NCBI GenBank assembly: GCA_965649765.1
Contig: OZ287754.1
Coordinates: 11,966,001-12,030,000 of the forward strand
Origin: Bispira polyomma
Lineage: Eukaryota
DNA length: 64,000 nucleotides
Direction of reading: 5' to 3'
Positions 52,906-64,000 of this stretch are shown here, in pieces (the stretch's first letter is position 1; each line of letters opens with the position of its first letter). A program made the translations under genes and the position numbers. The notes below the pieces were generated by a model. The model did no database searches. It was not told the origin of the DNA and was given only the letters and a program-made list of their open reading frames with translations.

Positions 52906-55900
52906 TTGGTTCATATGGAGGTGTGGAGCCAACAAATAATGGGTAAGTATCTGAGAGTGGCCTGGAGGTCAAAAGCTGCTGTAAAGCCTTAACTGGGCAG
53001 AGGTTTTTGTTTACTAATAAAGGGATTTGTATTATGTGTACTTCCACCCTGCTTTATAAGTTCTTTGCCCATTTAAGTATCACATTGGCGCCTGGTGGGC
53101 CAAAGATGACGGCTTTTCTTAACAAGTGACGTGTGTTATCAAATTGGGCTCTAGAGTTGGGAGCTATGTTTGAAATTCTAAGAAAGCCAAAGAATGAAAG
53201 GAGAAAGATTGCTCTATATAGTATGGGATCAGTTAATGTGTTGCAAGCTCTGGAGATAAATGCTAGGTGGTGTATTTCAAATGTTCCTTTTGGTCGAGGT
53301 TTGAAGAGTGAATTGTGGGTCAAGCTTCTTAAAAACATGGCCACAGTGTAATTCTCAAAAATATGTATATTCCAGGAATATTTCCTTGCCATAAACTTAA
53401 TGGCTGCTAAGTAGTTGTTAATGGCCCCTGTGGAGGTGCCATACTGTGCTGAGTATTCTAGGAAAGCTATGACCACGTGTGTGGTTACAATCTAAATGCC
53501 AGCAAACACATTGAAGGCAAGAAAAGTCTTAAACTGATTATTGCAAGCTGCAAGTGGTTTTGGTCTTAAAGCAGTGTTCAGTCTACTCCAGGCTGACTCC
53601 ATTAATGCTTGTGTGGCCTGTATTGACCCTGAAATTACATGATAATGTTAAAGTTAAAAAAGTGAAGTGGGATATGGTGCCACACAAACTCTTGTTTTAA
53701 CAGTATATTTCTTTCATTATCCGAATAATGGTCAGAGTATATTCTGGACAGTGCATCCGCTATACAATTTTTTTCACCCTTAATGTGGTCAATCTGTAAG
53801 TTAATGTCATATTGTGCTGAAATCAGCCATATATTTCTAAGACACAGGGCTAGGAATTCATCCTTAGTTCTGTTGGAGCCAATGACTAGTACCACAGCCA
53901 TGTTGTCACAGTATATCCTAATTGTACTATGCGACCACTGTTTGCCCCAGAGTTTAAGTGCTATTAAAATATTGAGCATCTCGATGTGTATAATGGAAAT
54001 TTGGCGATCATATACATTGTAGAGGGGGGAGGCGTAAACCTGGCTGTTGAAGATACCCCTACACCTGTTAAGCATGCGTCAATGTAAACAATGTTAGTTT
54101 CAAGGTCAAACTTCTCAATGTATGTAAATCCATTGTACTGCTTAAGAAATATGACAAACCATGCAATCTCATCCTTCATGGCATCTGTGATTTTGAATCC
54201 TGTCCCCTGTGAGTTACCTTCGAAAGGCCATGAGAAGTCTGTTTATGAAAGCCCTAGCAGGTTTAACGCAATTGTGGATGTTCAAAAGTTTGTCTAATAA
54301 AGACTGGAATTTGGCACGACATATCCATTGCTTGTTAACAATTTCCACACACAACTTGTGAGTATCCTCAATCTTGTCTTGAGTTATACTGATTGTGCCC
54401 TCAGCAATGTCTGTGTCTATGCCCAAGCAAGTTACTCTGGTATCCGGAGTTGAGAGTTTGTCTCCATTGATAGGGAGACCTAAAAAATCAACTAATTGAT
54501 ATAAATCTTGAAATGCTTTCTCAGCTGTATCACTACGTGATATACCGACATAATTGTCAATATAACAGAATACCTTTTGGTTTAATTTTCCCATGGCATA
54601 AGCTATCATGTCGGAGCATCTCTGGAAAGTTGCCGAGCCGTGGACCCAGCGACCGCTGGATCCACGTACTTTTCACCTTCAAAACATATGCCTAGTTTAA
54701 GTGCATCAACGGGGTCAACCCGCAAATTTCGAAACGCCCGGGAGACGTCCAACCTAAATATTCTGGCGTCCTTGGTTTATTTTTTTGACTATGTCATCAA
54801 TGGTAGGAAACTTAAGTACAAACTGGATGTTGTCAAATAATTGCTTGTTGACATTATCGTTAACCGATTTTCCCTGTGGGTATGACAAGTTGAGTATAAC
54901 CCGGCATTTGTTTAGGTCCTTTGAGTGAGGAGGGGCGAACGGTGATATAAATTGCTATGTACCTCCTTAACTGGGCCCAACATGGCACCATTGGCTTTTT
55001 TTTCTCAGGGTATTGACTAATTGCGCCTTTGAATTGTAAGGCTGAATGATGATTGGTGGCCTCCCCTGTATTTAGTGAAGTAGGGTCATCCAAAGACAGG
55101 GGGAAACCAAATTTCAAGTACTGGAGTAATTTGTCTGGGTGATCCATTAAAATTTTTTCCCATTGATCAATGTTCAAACTAGATTTAAGTGGAATGCTTG
55201 CCCCGCTATAATTTGGGCACCCCGAGTCCCTAATAATGTTTGCTATACTGACTATTTGATCAATAGATGAACTTAAAACAGGAGCCCTGTCTTGGCCTGC
55301 GAAAGTGAAATTGGTGTCAGATAACACCATGAATCCCTTATTTTTGTCAGGTAAGTTAATATCAGTGACATTCTTGTTTCTGAAATGGTAAGCCGTGTTA
55401 GTTTCTGAGCAGTCGGTAGGCGGCGTCAAGACATTATTCTGTGTGCTATCCACACTTGATACATTTGTGTTAATTACTGACTGATCAATCATTTCTAAAT
55501 GACTGTCATCATTGCCACCCAACATTTGGTCAATTAAATCTGTCATATAATCAGTATAACTACACTCATATTTGTTAAGTGACAGAATGTTTTTTTGCTG
55601 ATCTGTCAATACTTCCTTTGGTGACATGTCACCTACAGTAACTGTCTCAACAATAGAGCTAACAGATTCCAGGTCACCATAAATGTGTGCAATATACACA
55701 TAAGTTTGGATAGTTTGTATTATCGAAATGGGGCCCTCAGGTAAAAAGTCACATTTTAAATAGTCATATCTCTGACTAGTGGCATTTGATTTTGGAATGA
55801 AGAAACCTGTTATTTCCCCATTAATAGATCTGATGTAAATCAAAGGCAACATTTCTTGAGAATCTGGAAAACAATATGACCAATTTGTCACCTGAATTGT

Positions 55901-57064
55901 CACATCACACATGTTAGTGATATAACCCAAATCTCAGCTAACATGTGTTCTTGCCTTACTTGGTAGGGCATTCATGATTACATTATTATTATACAATTTA
56001 AATTTTCTATTTTCACACTTGGTGCTGGATTTTTTGTCCAGCTGGTTATTGGCAGACTTATGGTCCACCCACAACTTATAAACACAATTAGTTTATGATT
56101 TCTCTGTCACATTTAAGTCATTTATAGTGGCTGTACTGCCATTAAGTTTTGTTCTCTTTATATTACTGTCCTTTCCATTACTAGCAAGATCTAAAGCTAA
56201 TACATTATTAATGTCATTATTACTCTCATCACTTGAAACATTCAAAACATTACAATGCCTTTCCAATGTTCATTCAACTAGTTGTGGGTTACTGGCCTAG
56301 TTGCTGGTTGTTTTACTTTCCTGTTGTTTGGAAGAGTTAGCCCTATAGCACTTGAATTTTGGGTGGAGTGATTCCTTGTGCAGAACAGTGGAATAGTGCC
56401 AACATATGTGTTGGTATTGGCCGTGATCCAACTTGTTGGTGCATTTGCCAGCGTTGAACAGTTTGCAGATATTTCTGGCCAATTGTGGTTTGTATGAGCC
56501 GTGGGAGTTGTGCGCGGGTTGGCCATAGCCATCTGTGCAGCGTTCATCTGGCTGAGAGCCCACTGTGTTATGTTGCCCCATTGTAGCCTGCCTTCTTCGA
56601 CTTCATGCATGTTATGCGACCATGATGTTCTTACTACGTTCCACGAGAAAGAAGCGGCGTCCCTTAATGACAAAATAACCTGTTGGACAATTTTCCGTGA
56701 TGTTTCCGAATCAGTAACCTGCATGGCACTGGACAGCTGGCCGGCTGCCCATTGCAGAAGTGATAATTCATCAAATGTGGGACGCTTTCGAGCTGTTCCA
56801 CCCACCCAGCCTTCGTTGGGCCATCTGATTTTCGGATCAGCAGTTGATATGTCGGTAGTATTGAAACACGCTGATTTTTGTCTGATTGGCTTACCTTGTG
56901 AAAGGGTATGTTGCGCCTGGGTCTCGTACTCAGCCAGCCTTTAGTTGATGAGCACCTGGACTTCAGGGATGGATTTTAAAATGTCTATCTTGGGGACAAT
57001 GGCATCCTTGGAGTAGTCCACATGTTGGAACAAACGCGCCTGTGACTGTAGTATGAGTGTTGGA

Positions 57065-57321
57065 TTTGAATTTGAATTTGGGTATTTAACATCCACTCTA
57101 GTACCTTTTAGTAGGTTATATTGGGACGGGTAGTTGGAAACGCTGGAGGAAACACTGCATACAGTCGGTCAAGGTTCTGCAGAGAAACCAGCGGCCCACA
57201 GTAAGGAACTACCACCTTTCCCACATAGGCATCGACGGGATTCGAACTCACGCCGCCCAGAGGTGAGAGACCAGTGATTGTGAAGCGCAGTGCTTGCTAA
57301 CCACTAGGCCACCGCGGCCCC
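57065..57321 (-). mobile_element. tRNA-derived SINE (family 1), full length, nested in gag of element 2
   Basis: Starts GGGGCCGCGGTGGCCTAGTGG. 14-bp TSD GTATGAGTG(T/C)TGGA at 57051-57064 and 57322-57335. Highly similar to the 2671-2914 copy. Confidence 0.93.
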
Positions 57322-57897
57322 GTATGAGTGCTGGAGCAGCAGCTAGAGGTATGTATGGGGCCGTTGTAGCTGGCCTGTTTTTTGTAGAGATCTTGGCTGG
57401 GTGACACAACGGGAGTCGACTGGGACATTTCGCGTGCTTCCATCCTGTCCAGCCTTCGGTTAATCACCTCGTTGGACTCTAATTTCTCAAACATTTCCAT
57501 GATGGCTGGCATTACATTGGTTTCGGTTTGTATCGAGGACGAAGCTGCTCCGTGAGCCATAAGAGGGTGTGTGTGACTAGCCGTAGCCGTAGAGAAACTC
57601 AATGAGTAGCATTCTCTGGGTATAATGGCAAATGAAAATTATTTAGTACACTGTCGTTTACCTGTCCTTGAGTGATTTTCTTCTTTGACGATTTTACACA
57701 AACACTGCTTTTCTTGGATGTCCTTGTTTTAACACAGGCCTCATCAGAAGGCGTCTTCTTAGGTTTCCCCATTCTCTAAATAATAGTCTAGATAAAATAC
57801 TAAAACGTTGCTCCACTAAAAGCCAATATTAAAATCACTAACAAGAGTAAATAGTCCATAAAATAACAGGAAACAACTTGGATTTCCTATTTCCATG

Positions 57898-58074
57898 TTT
57901 TCCTGTGTGTGTGCTTCAATGTCGAAAAGCTTAATGACAAATTTGAGGGAGGAAAATGCATTGTAGAGTTAAACAAAGAACTGACTGAATGTATGGCTGG
58001 ATAGACAGAGCGAAATAAGTCAGCTCAGTCGCCAGGAGTTAACGTGGTTGATAAGATTTGAAGCACTGGGGCAA
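57898..58074 (-). repeat. Repeat A1 of element 2
   Basis: Matches 52731-52905 and lies upstream of the gag ATG. Confidence 0.85.
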
Positions 58075-59959
58075 GTGAAGCACCAGACCCCTCTGTGGTC
58101 GTGACATCTAAACTTCATAGATATAAGTTTGAAGTCTATCTTTTAGAGTCGTGGTTATATGGATTTTTGTTACCAGATGCAAATATAAACATACAATCCA
58201 TCTATTAGGAGGCAGACTTTATATTAAACTGCTAGTGTCCCATTTTTCCAGTCTAATCACAAGTTTAATCACAGATCTTGGCTCATTTTCATTGACTTAA
58301 AAAAAGTTTAGCAGATCCACGTGGAAAAATAAAATGGATTTCGAGAACCATCAACTGTGGGTACCTAGTAAGGTAAACCAAAAGCAAAATTAAAATTTGA
58401 AATATCTATGCATAAACAACAGAATCACCTTCAAAAAAATTCTACAATGTATTTTTCACATAATTTTGCTTTAAAACTTGATAAAAACAATTTTTTACAG
58501 CTCTCGAAATGACCTAATAATTTATTTTCTAATTTAAAAATTTTCAGCTGTTATAGCTTGCACAACATCCGAAATTAGTGAACCACTAGTTAGCGGTCAA
58601 ATCGATTACATTTTTGACTTTTGACTTGGGATAACCGCCAAAAAACAAATATAGGCTAATATATAGTATGTACGCCAAGCATTATAATGTACACATATAT
58701 GTTTAATTGCTATTTTCGGGGAGTTCTGTGAAGTTCTGTTAATTGCTTCCTCAACTTACAGAGACAAGTTCAATTTCTATTTTCGAGATGTTCTGTTATT
58801 TGCTTCATTCCAGGTTATATATTGGTAGACATAAGATAATATTTTACTAAAAGAACCATATACATAAAATTTTAAGGGGACCCGATCTATAAGATTGGTA
58901 CTTAATGATCGGGAACCCGATACATTACACTTTTTCTTTTCCCTTTTCTTTTTATATACAGATTTAAAGAATTTGTTTTTATCTCCCACTGATGATGGAC
59001 CCTTGCAACATAAAACAACTTTTGTCAGTTTTGTGATTAGATATATTATGTTAATGAGAACGGTAACCTGAATAGCATTCTCTGCTCTTCGGTGTTAATA
59101 ATGATGTCATTTGTCTGGTCATATGCTATAAAATTGCTATCTCGTAAATTTTGCGTCTTCGTGAAAATAAATTAGCAAGAGGGTATCAATCATGTCACTG
59201 CGCATCCTCAGAAGATCACGTGTCGACACTCTGTACTCTACTTTCATTCACAAAAATATCCACCAATGAAACAGCTGATAAGATTAATCAATTTATTCTC
59301 ATTAAGACGGAACATTGACTAAAAGCCCTGAACAAGTGAATGATGTTACAGTCTAAAACTGGCCCAGAGACTTATCTGTTTGTGTGTTAAATGGCTGAAA
59401 ATGGCTGGTGCTCCGTTAATTGTAACACAAATTTACAAACAGTGCCACTTTGAAACAGACCCAACATGTATGCCAAATATGAAAGCTGAGGTCCTTGTAA
59501 GTTCTGAGATTACTTTGTCCCAATTGTGTAATCATCTGCAACCACCTCATTCCACACCCTATAATCCCCCCTTACATAATAACATATTTGGTGGGGATTC
59601 CCTACTTAATTTTAAAATGTATAATTGTGGTAGTATTGTTATATATTTGAGGGTATTTCTTTAGTTATTCTTGTTTTTCTACATTAGAAACTCTAGTACT
59701 GTTATTTGACTGATACGGTACATATTCATTGTTTTCTTTATGTACTAAAGCATGCATGTGCAAACATTTATATACTTCTATCTCTGTACTTGTTATTTTG
59801 TAGTACATTATATGCTGTGAAACTGGAGAATTAAAAACTAAAGATTGAAACAGTGAATATCTTTTTCTGACAACGTTTTGGTAAAGCAATTATAATGATA
59901 TCCTAACTGATATCAAATGATAATTGTTTGTGCTTACATTATTGTTAAAGTTATATTTG

Positions 59960-60570
59960 TTGTTAGTGGTTAGAGTGTCGAGCTTTGAATCTCAGAGATC
60001 ATAAGAGCCCCAGTTCGATCCTCGCTGCAGGCCTGGAGATTGTACCCTTGGACAAGGTGCTTTTACCTGACCAATGGGTGTTAGTCTTTGTGCACCACAA
60101 GTGGCAGCACGGCAATCATGCTCCATGATGAAGCTGAAACAGAACAATAGGTGACAAGTAGTAAACCCAGACTGGAGGTGTAAACTGTAAAGTCGGCTGA
60201 GACCTCAAAAGACAGGGGAGTAGCCAAGATTTTTCATATGGTACTCCCAAAATAAACCAATATATTAGGTTCTCTTTTGTCCTACCAAAACTTCAATTCG
60301 TGGGGGGGGTCATTAACATAATATTGTGGTTTAATTGGGGAGTACCAAATAAAAAATTTTTAATTAACAACAAGAAACTGTGTTACTAATAAAACAAACA
60401 GAATCAACAGAAATTTAAATTTATTTATTTTTTTTTTTTTTTTTCAAAATATTTTTTTTAATTTATTTATTTTTTGTTCTTTCTTGTCATTAAATTGGTA
60501 TGCCTGGGCGTACTGGCGTTAATGGTAGCCACGCCCCTGAAAGAGGTGATATCAGACCATAAATCTACAC
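59960..60570 (+). mobile_element. Older tRNA-derived SINE (family 2) interrupted by a MITE
   Basis: TAGTGGTTAGAGTG A-box, GTTCGATCC B-box, TGTACCCTTGGACAAGGTGCTT core-like motif. Absent at the paralogous position ~18165. Confidence 0.6.
60213..60539. mobile_element. Non-autonomous DNA transposon (MITE)
   Basis: Imperfect TIRs CAGGGGAGTAGC and GCCACGCCCCTG, flanked by a 5-bp duplication AAAGA. Confidence 0.65.
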
Positions 60571-63500
60571 ACATATATATTTCCAATCCTTTACAAGGTG
60601 GGCGTTCATTGTTACTCGGATGTGAACTGGTCTGCTACCACTAGGCCAGGGTACAATCTCTAGTCAAACCCTACTTGTAAAAAATTATTATTTAATTAAA
60701 ATTCTTTTATACTGGTAATGGAAAATGAACCATTTTTTTAAATGCTATGTTCATAACAAGAAAGAAGAACATTTATACGCAGAAGAAAAGAAAAAATTAA
60801 AAAAAAAAATTACACAACAGCTTTTCTATAGTTTAGTCTAGCAAAATTTTTGATAAATGCAAATTTCTATTCAATAATTCCTCCTTAAAATCTAGTTCAG
60901 CTACTAACTTTTGTTTGTCATATGTATAAATGTTAGCACTTATCACCCAATACTCGGATCAGTAATCACTGGCAAAAGTAATAGTGTACCAAATAGAAAA
61001 AATTTGGTGGAGTCCAAACAGACCCCTGCATAATCTATATGTATGTAAAATTTAGTTATAACCTATCATCTACTTCCATGTCTACCTGACGGGGGGACAT
61101 TGTAAATATGTTTACTAAGATTCTTTTCCAATAATAGATAAAAAATATTTAATAAACTTTGCACACGATTTTATAGACTGCACTCATGATTAAATCAACT
61201 ATGTGCATGATTTAATAAACTGCACTCACAAATTATAAACTGTGGGCATGAAATAAACTGGGTAAATATTAATACACTATTTGCAATATATCTTCCAGGG
61301 GTCTTTAACGATGGTAATATAGGGTAATACTAATAACATTTATAAATGTCTATACAGGGCAACTCTCTGCTTGATAAAACATCTACAATTCATAATTTAA
61401 AACAAGAATTGTCTTTTTACAAAAGACACAGGCGCACAGTGTGAAATACACTAATGTTTTGATATGGCCACTACATACTTAGGCCCGAGCCTGCGCCTGA
61501 CAAGACTTTTCTCAGTTTGGCAGGGTCGATTTCTTCCAGCCAATTCATGTAGGTCTTTCATAGTTTCTAAGATGGTGGGGCCTTTTCCACGTGAAAACAA
61601 TATGAGGCTCTGCCTGATAGAAATGACCTGTTTATGTATCATACTTAGCAATGGTTCTCAAAATCTACATGTGTACAGGTATAATATTTCTCCAAGTGTA
61701 CTTATGATAAAAGACTGAAGGCCTGTTTCCATTAGCACAGCAAAGTCATTTGTAAATGCCATACATATTGTTTGCATACATATCTCTCAAGACGTAAGCG
61801 GCTACATAAGAAGAATGTCACAAGGTTTGAGTAGATCAAAGGTTATGTCTTAATTGCAAAGGAAATGAAATAAGGATTAAAAATTGAAGACCGACTGCCT
61901 CGTCCTCAACCAAACCACAAGCATTCCTTGGTAGAAAGTGATGTCTGTATGAATTTGACAACAAACACAAGAGAGGATAATTAACTTCATTTAGTGCTGG
62001 ATAGGTTTGACGTGTACGAATCCCATGTATTTAAGTATGGAAACACTACTTACTGGTAACATCAATACCCGCACTTTTTTTGTTCATGTAACCAAAACTC
62101 TGCCTCAAGTAACCCTCACTATAAGCGAGGTGAGGGTGTAGTGCACCTCACCAAATGGGACTCTTAATGACAACTACCCACCCCCCACCCCCCCCCCCCC
62201 CCACCCCCCACCCCCGACCCCATTCCACCAACACTGAATATAGCCACCTTTTCAAAGTTGCTAGAGGGTTACAATATATACAAAAAACCAATACCAGGTA
62301 GATTCTATTGCATATATGAACAGGGTTCTACACGAGTACAAACTGTCATGTGCACTTTGCACTATTAAAATTCAAAAAGTTACTGACACAGAGGTTAATA
62401 ATTCCGTGGCTATATACCCGTTGGTCTTATTTGGGTGTGCATCATTTGTAGGTGTAGACGTGTAAATATACTTCACTCCTTTATTTCTGGATATTGTAAC
62501 ATATCCCATTTTATTATTACACGATTGATCAGTCTCTCTATCTCTCTCTGGAACCATAGTAACCATGTACAGGAGGAACAGCAGTCACTACAGGTGAGTC
62601 AAAGGCACTAATTAATTCTATATATCTGGGTTTACATCTTATTCCTTAAAATGGATGTATACTTGTTTGTGTTGTTTATCTCACAGATGACCAGATTTTA
62701 TACACTAAAATATATTTGGATATCATTAAATTTTGCATAGATTTTTACATAGATATACCTTTTCAACAATATTTTTAACACCTCTCAAATATCAACAAAG
62801 TTTATGGTAGATATATAAACACTGCTGTAATAGACAGGACATGTTTTGTGTAAAGATAGTTTGTGAATGTGACTTATACTCCATATTACAGTTGTATCAA
62901 TTATTGCAAAGAAATAAATGATTTTAAATAAGTTTCTGGAGAAGAAAAATTTATAAAAATTATGCAAAATTATTCTAGACCTCTACATATTTATATTGAA
63001 AAGGTGTCGAATATAACAAAAAGTAAAATGTATATTTAAATGTAAATAATGACTATATCTTATATATTTGTTCTGTAAAATATTATTGATTGAATCAGTT
63101 TAAAGTGACTTGTAAGCTCTCTTGTGGGCTAGGTGTATTGTATCTGTTTTTCATTTGTTGTATAGTGTTTATGTTTATATACATGTCCCTATAATTAATA
63201 AATTGAATTAAAAATTCTTTAATAATAACCTCCCTTTAAAAAAATGCACAGGTCAAAGGCATTTATACAAAAATTACAGTAGCTGCACACGCAAAATTTG
63301 GATTTTCCCTATCCGCTAAATAATGTTCCTGTTCAAATAAGTTTTCCACAGCTGAAGTCCGAGCCATAAAAATCTGTCTCTGACATCAGAAGTTGCTAAA
63401 TATATGAGAACATTATCGATTGTTTATGTCTTTGAGTCAGATAGAGGTGCATGATGAAAACATTTTATACCTAAATACATAAGTTTTAAGGCTTATACAT

Positions 63501-64000
63501 TTTATTACATAATCCATGGCCATATAATGCCAATGTTCATATGTGTTTATATGTTAAATAATTAATAAATGGCGTGTCTAATATTTCAAAATATGTATGG
63601 CTGCTATTCCAATATCATTTTTGTAACTACGTTCGATTTCTTCCTTACAAATTCATTCATTCAAATCGCATTTCGACATTGTTAAACCATTGTAGCACTC
63701 TGTCGTTGTTATTACCGGCTAAGATATAATTTCAAAAAGTCAGCGTTTCCCAACCAACACTGATTTTTGCCCCCCCCCCCCCCCCCCCCCTCTTTAACCT
63801 ACTACCTTAACCGATCAGATTAATTTAGTTCCTCTGAGTTTCTGCGTTTATTGTTCACCTGTTTCTGGATAGTCAAAGAACTAGTGTGGCTAGCGATGAT
63901 ACCAGTGTGCAATAGCTGCTGAACTTGAGGCAACGAAAGCCATCTGGGTGCTTGAGGCAGCCTTCAGGTCTCATTGGTCTACAGTTCCCTTAGGCCAGTT

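Larger units (their letters stand above)
52481..58100 (-). mobile_element. Tyrosine-recombinase retrotransposon, element 2 (decayed; split direct repeats; YR C-terminus deleted)
   Basis: gag starts MGKPKKTP at 57772 and ends at TAG 56297-56299. Pol fragments run ~56296-53635 (YIDNY, IDAC, YCDN, NCIADALSR). YR runs 53628-52906 (FLRISN, LKWAKN) and is truncated. Homologous to element 1 throughout. Direct repeats at 57898-58074 and 52731-52905. Confidence 0.88.

Noticed and set aside
52731-58074. LTR retrotransposon (direct repeats as LTRs)
   Set aside because: No TG...CA ends, PBS/PPT, TSD or DDE integrase, and the element continues beyond the repeat.
62176-62225. Poly-C tracts (also 63770-63790) as functional G-quadruplexes
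   Set aside because: Low-complexity homopolymers with no contextual support; lengths are error-prone.
62565-62599. Possible first exon of a further gene (MYRRNSSHY, CAG|GTGAGT)
   Set aside because: No supporting downstream exon or homology within the window.

Overview
AT-rich eukaryotic (most likely invertebrate animal) genomic DNA. It is dominated by an old tandem segmental duplication of a multi-exon gene encoding a single-pass membrane protein of the VWDE-like type: UMOD/D8C-like Cys domain, VWD, EGF, TM and a cytoplasmic tail. Copy 1 (420-12800; 19 visible exons, 1098 aa, open throughout; its 5' end lies upstream of the window) looks intact. Copy 2 (~24430/28350-46142) is a pseudogene with a lost donor, a frameshift, a nonsense codon and a retroelement inserted in an exon. 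A third, truncated promoter+exon-1 copy lies at ~20450-23260, and both promoter copies carry kB, CCAAT and TATA motifs. Two related tyrosine-recombinase (DIRS-order, PAT/Ngaro-like) retrotransposons are present, at 39733-45351 (+) and 52481-58100 (-). Comparing the two suggests an unusual shared design: (1) gag and pol are in one frame separated by a single TAG (readthrough); (2) the recombinase ORF appears to be reached by a conserved phase-matched splice from mid-gag, giving a Gag-YR fusion; (3) a conserved unknown domain precedes RT; (4) the element ends rebuild a hairpin with a 7-nt core that lies on opposite ends in the two insertions. Several SINEs, LINE fragments and DNA-transposon remnants fill the introns and intergenic DNA. 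All calls come from manual reading; no database searches were run.
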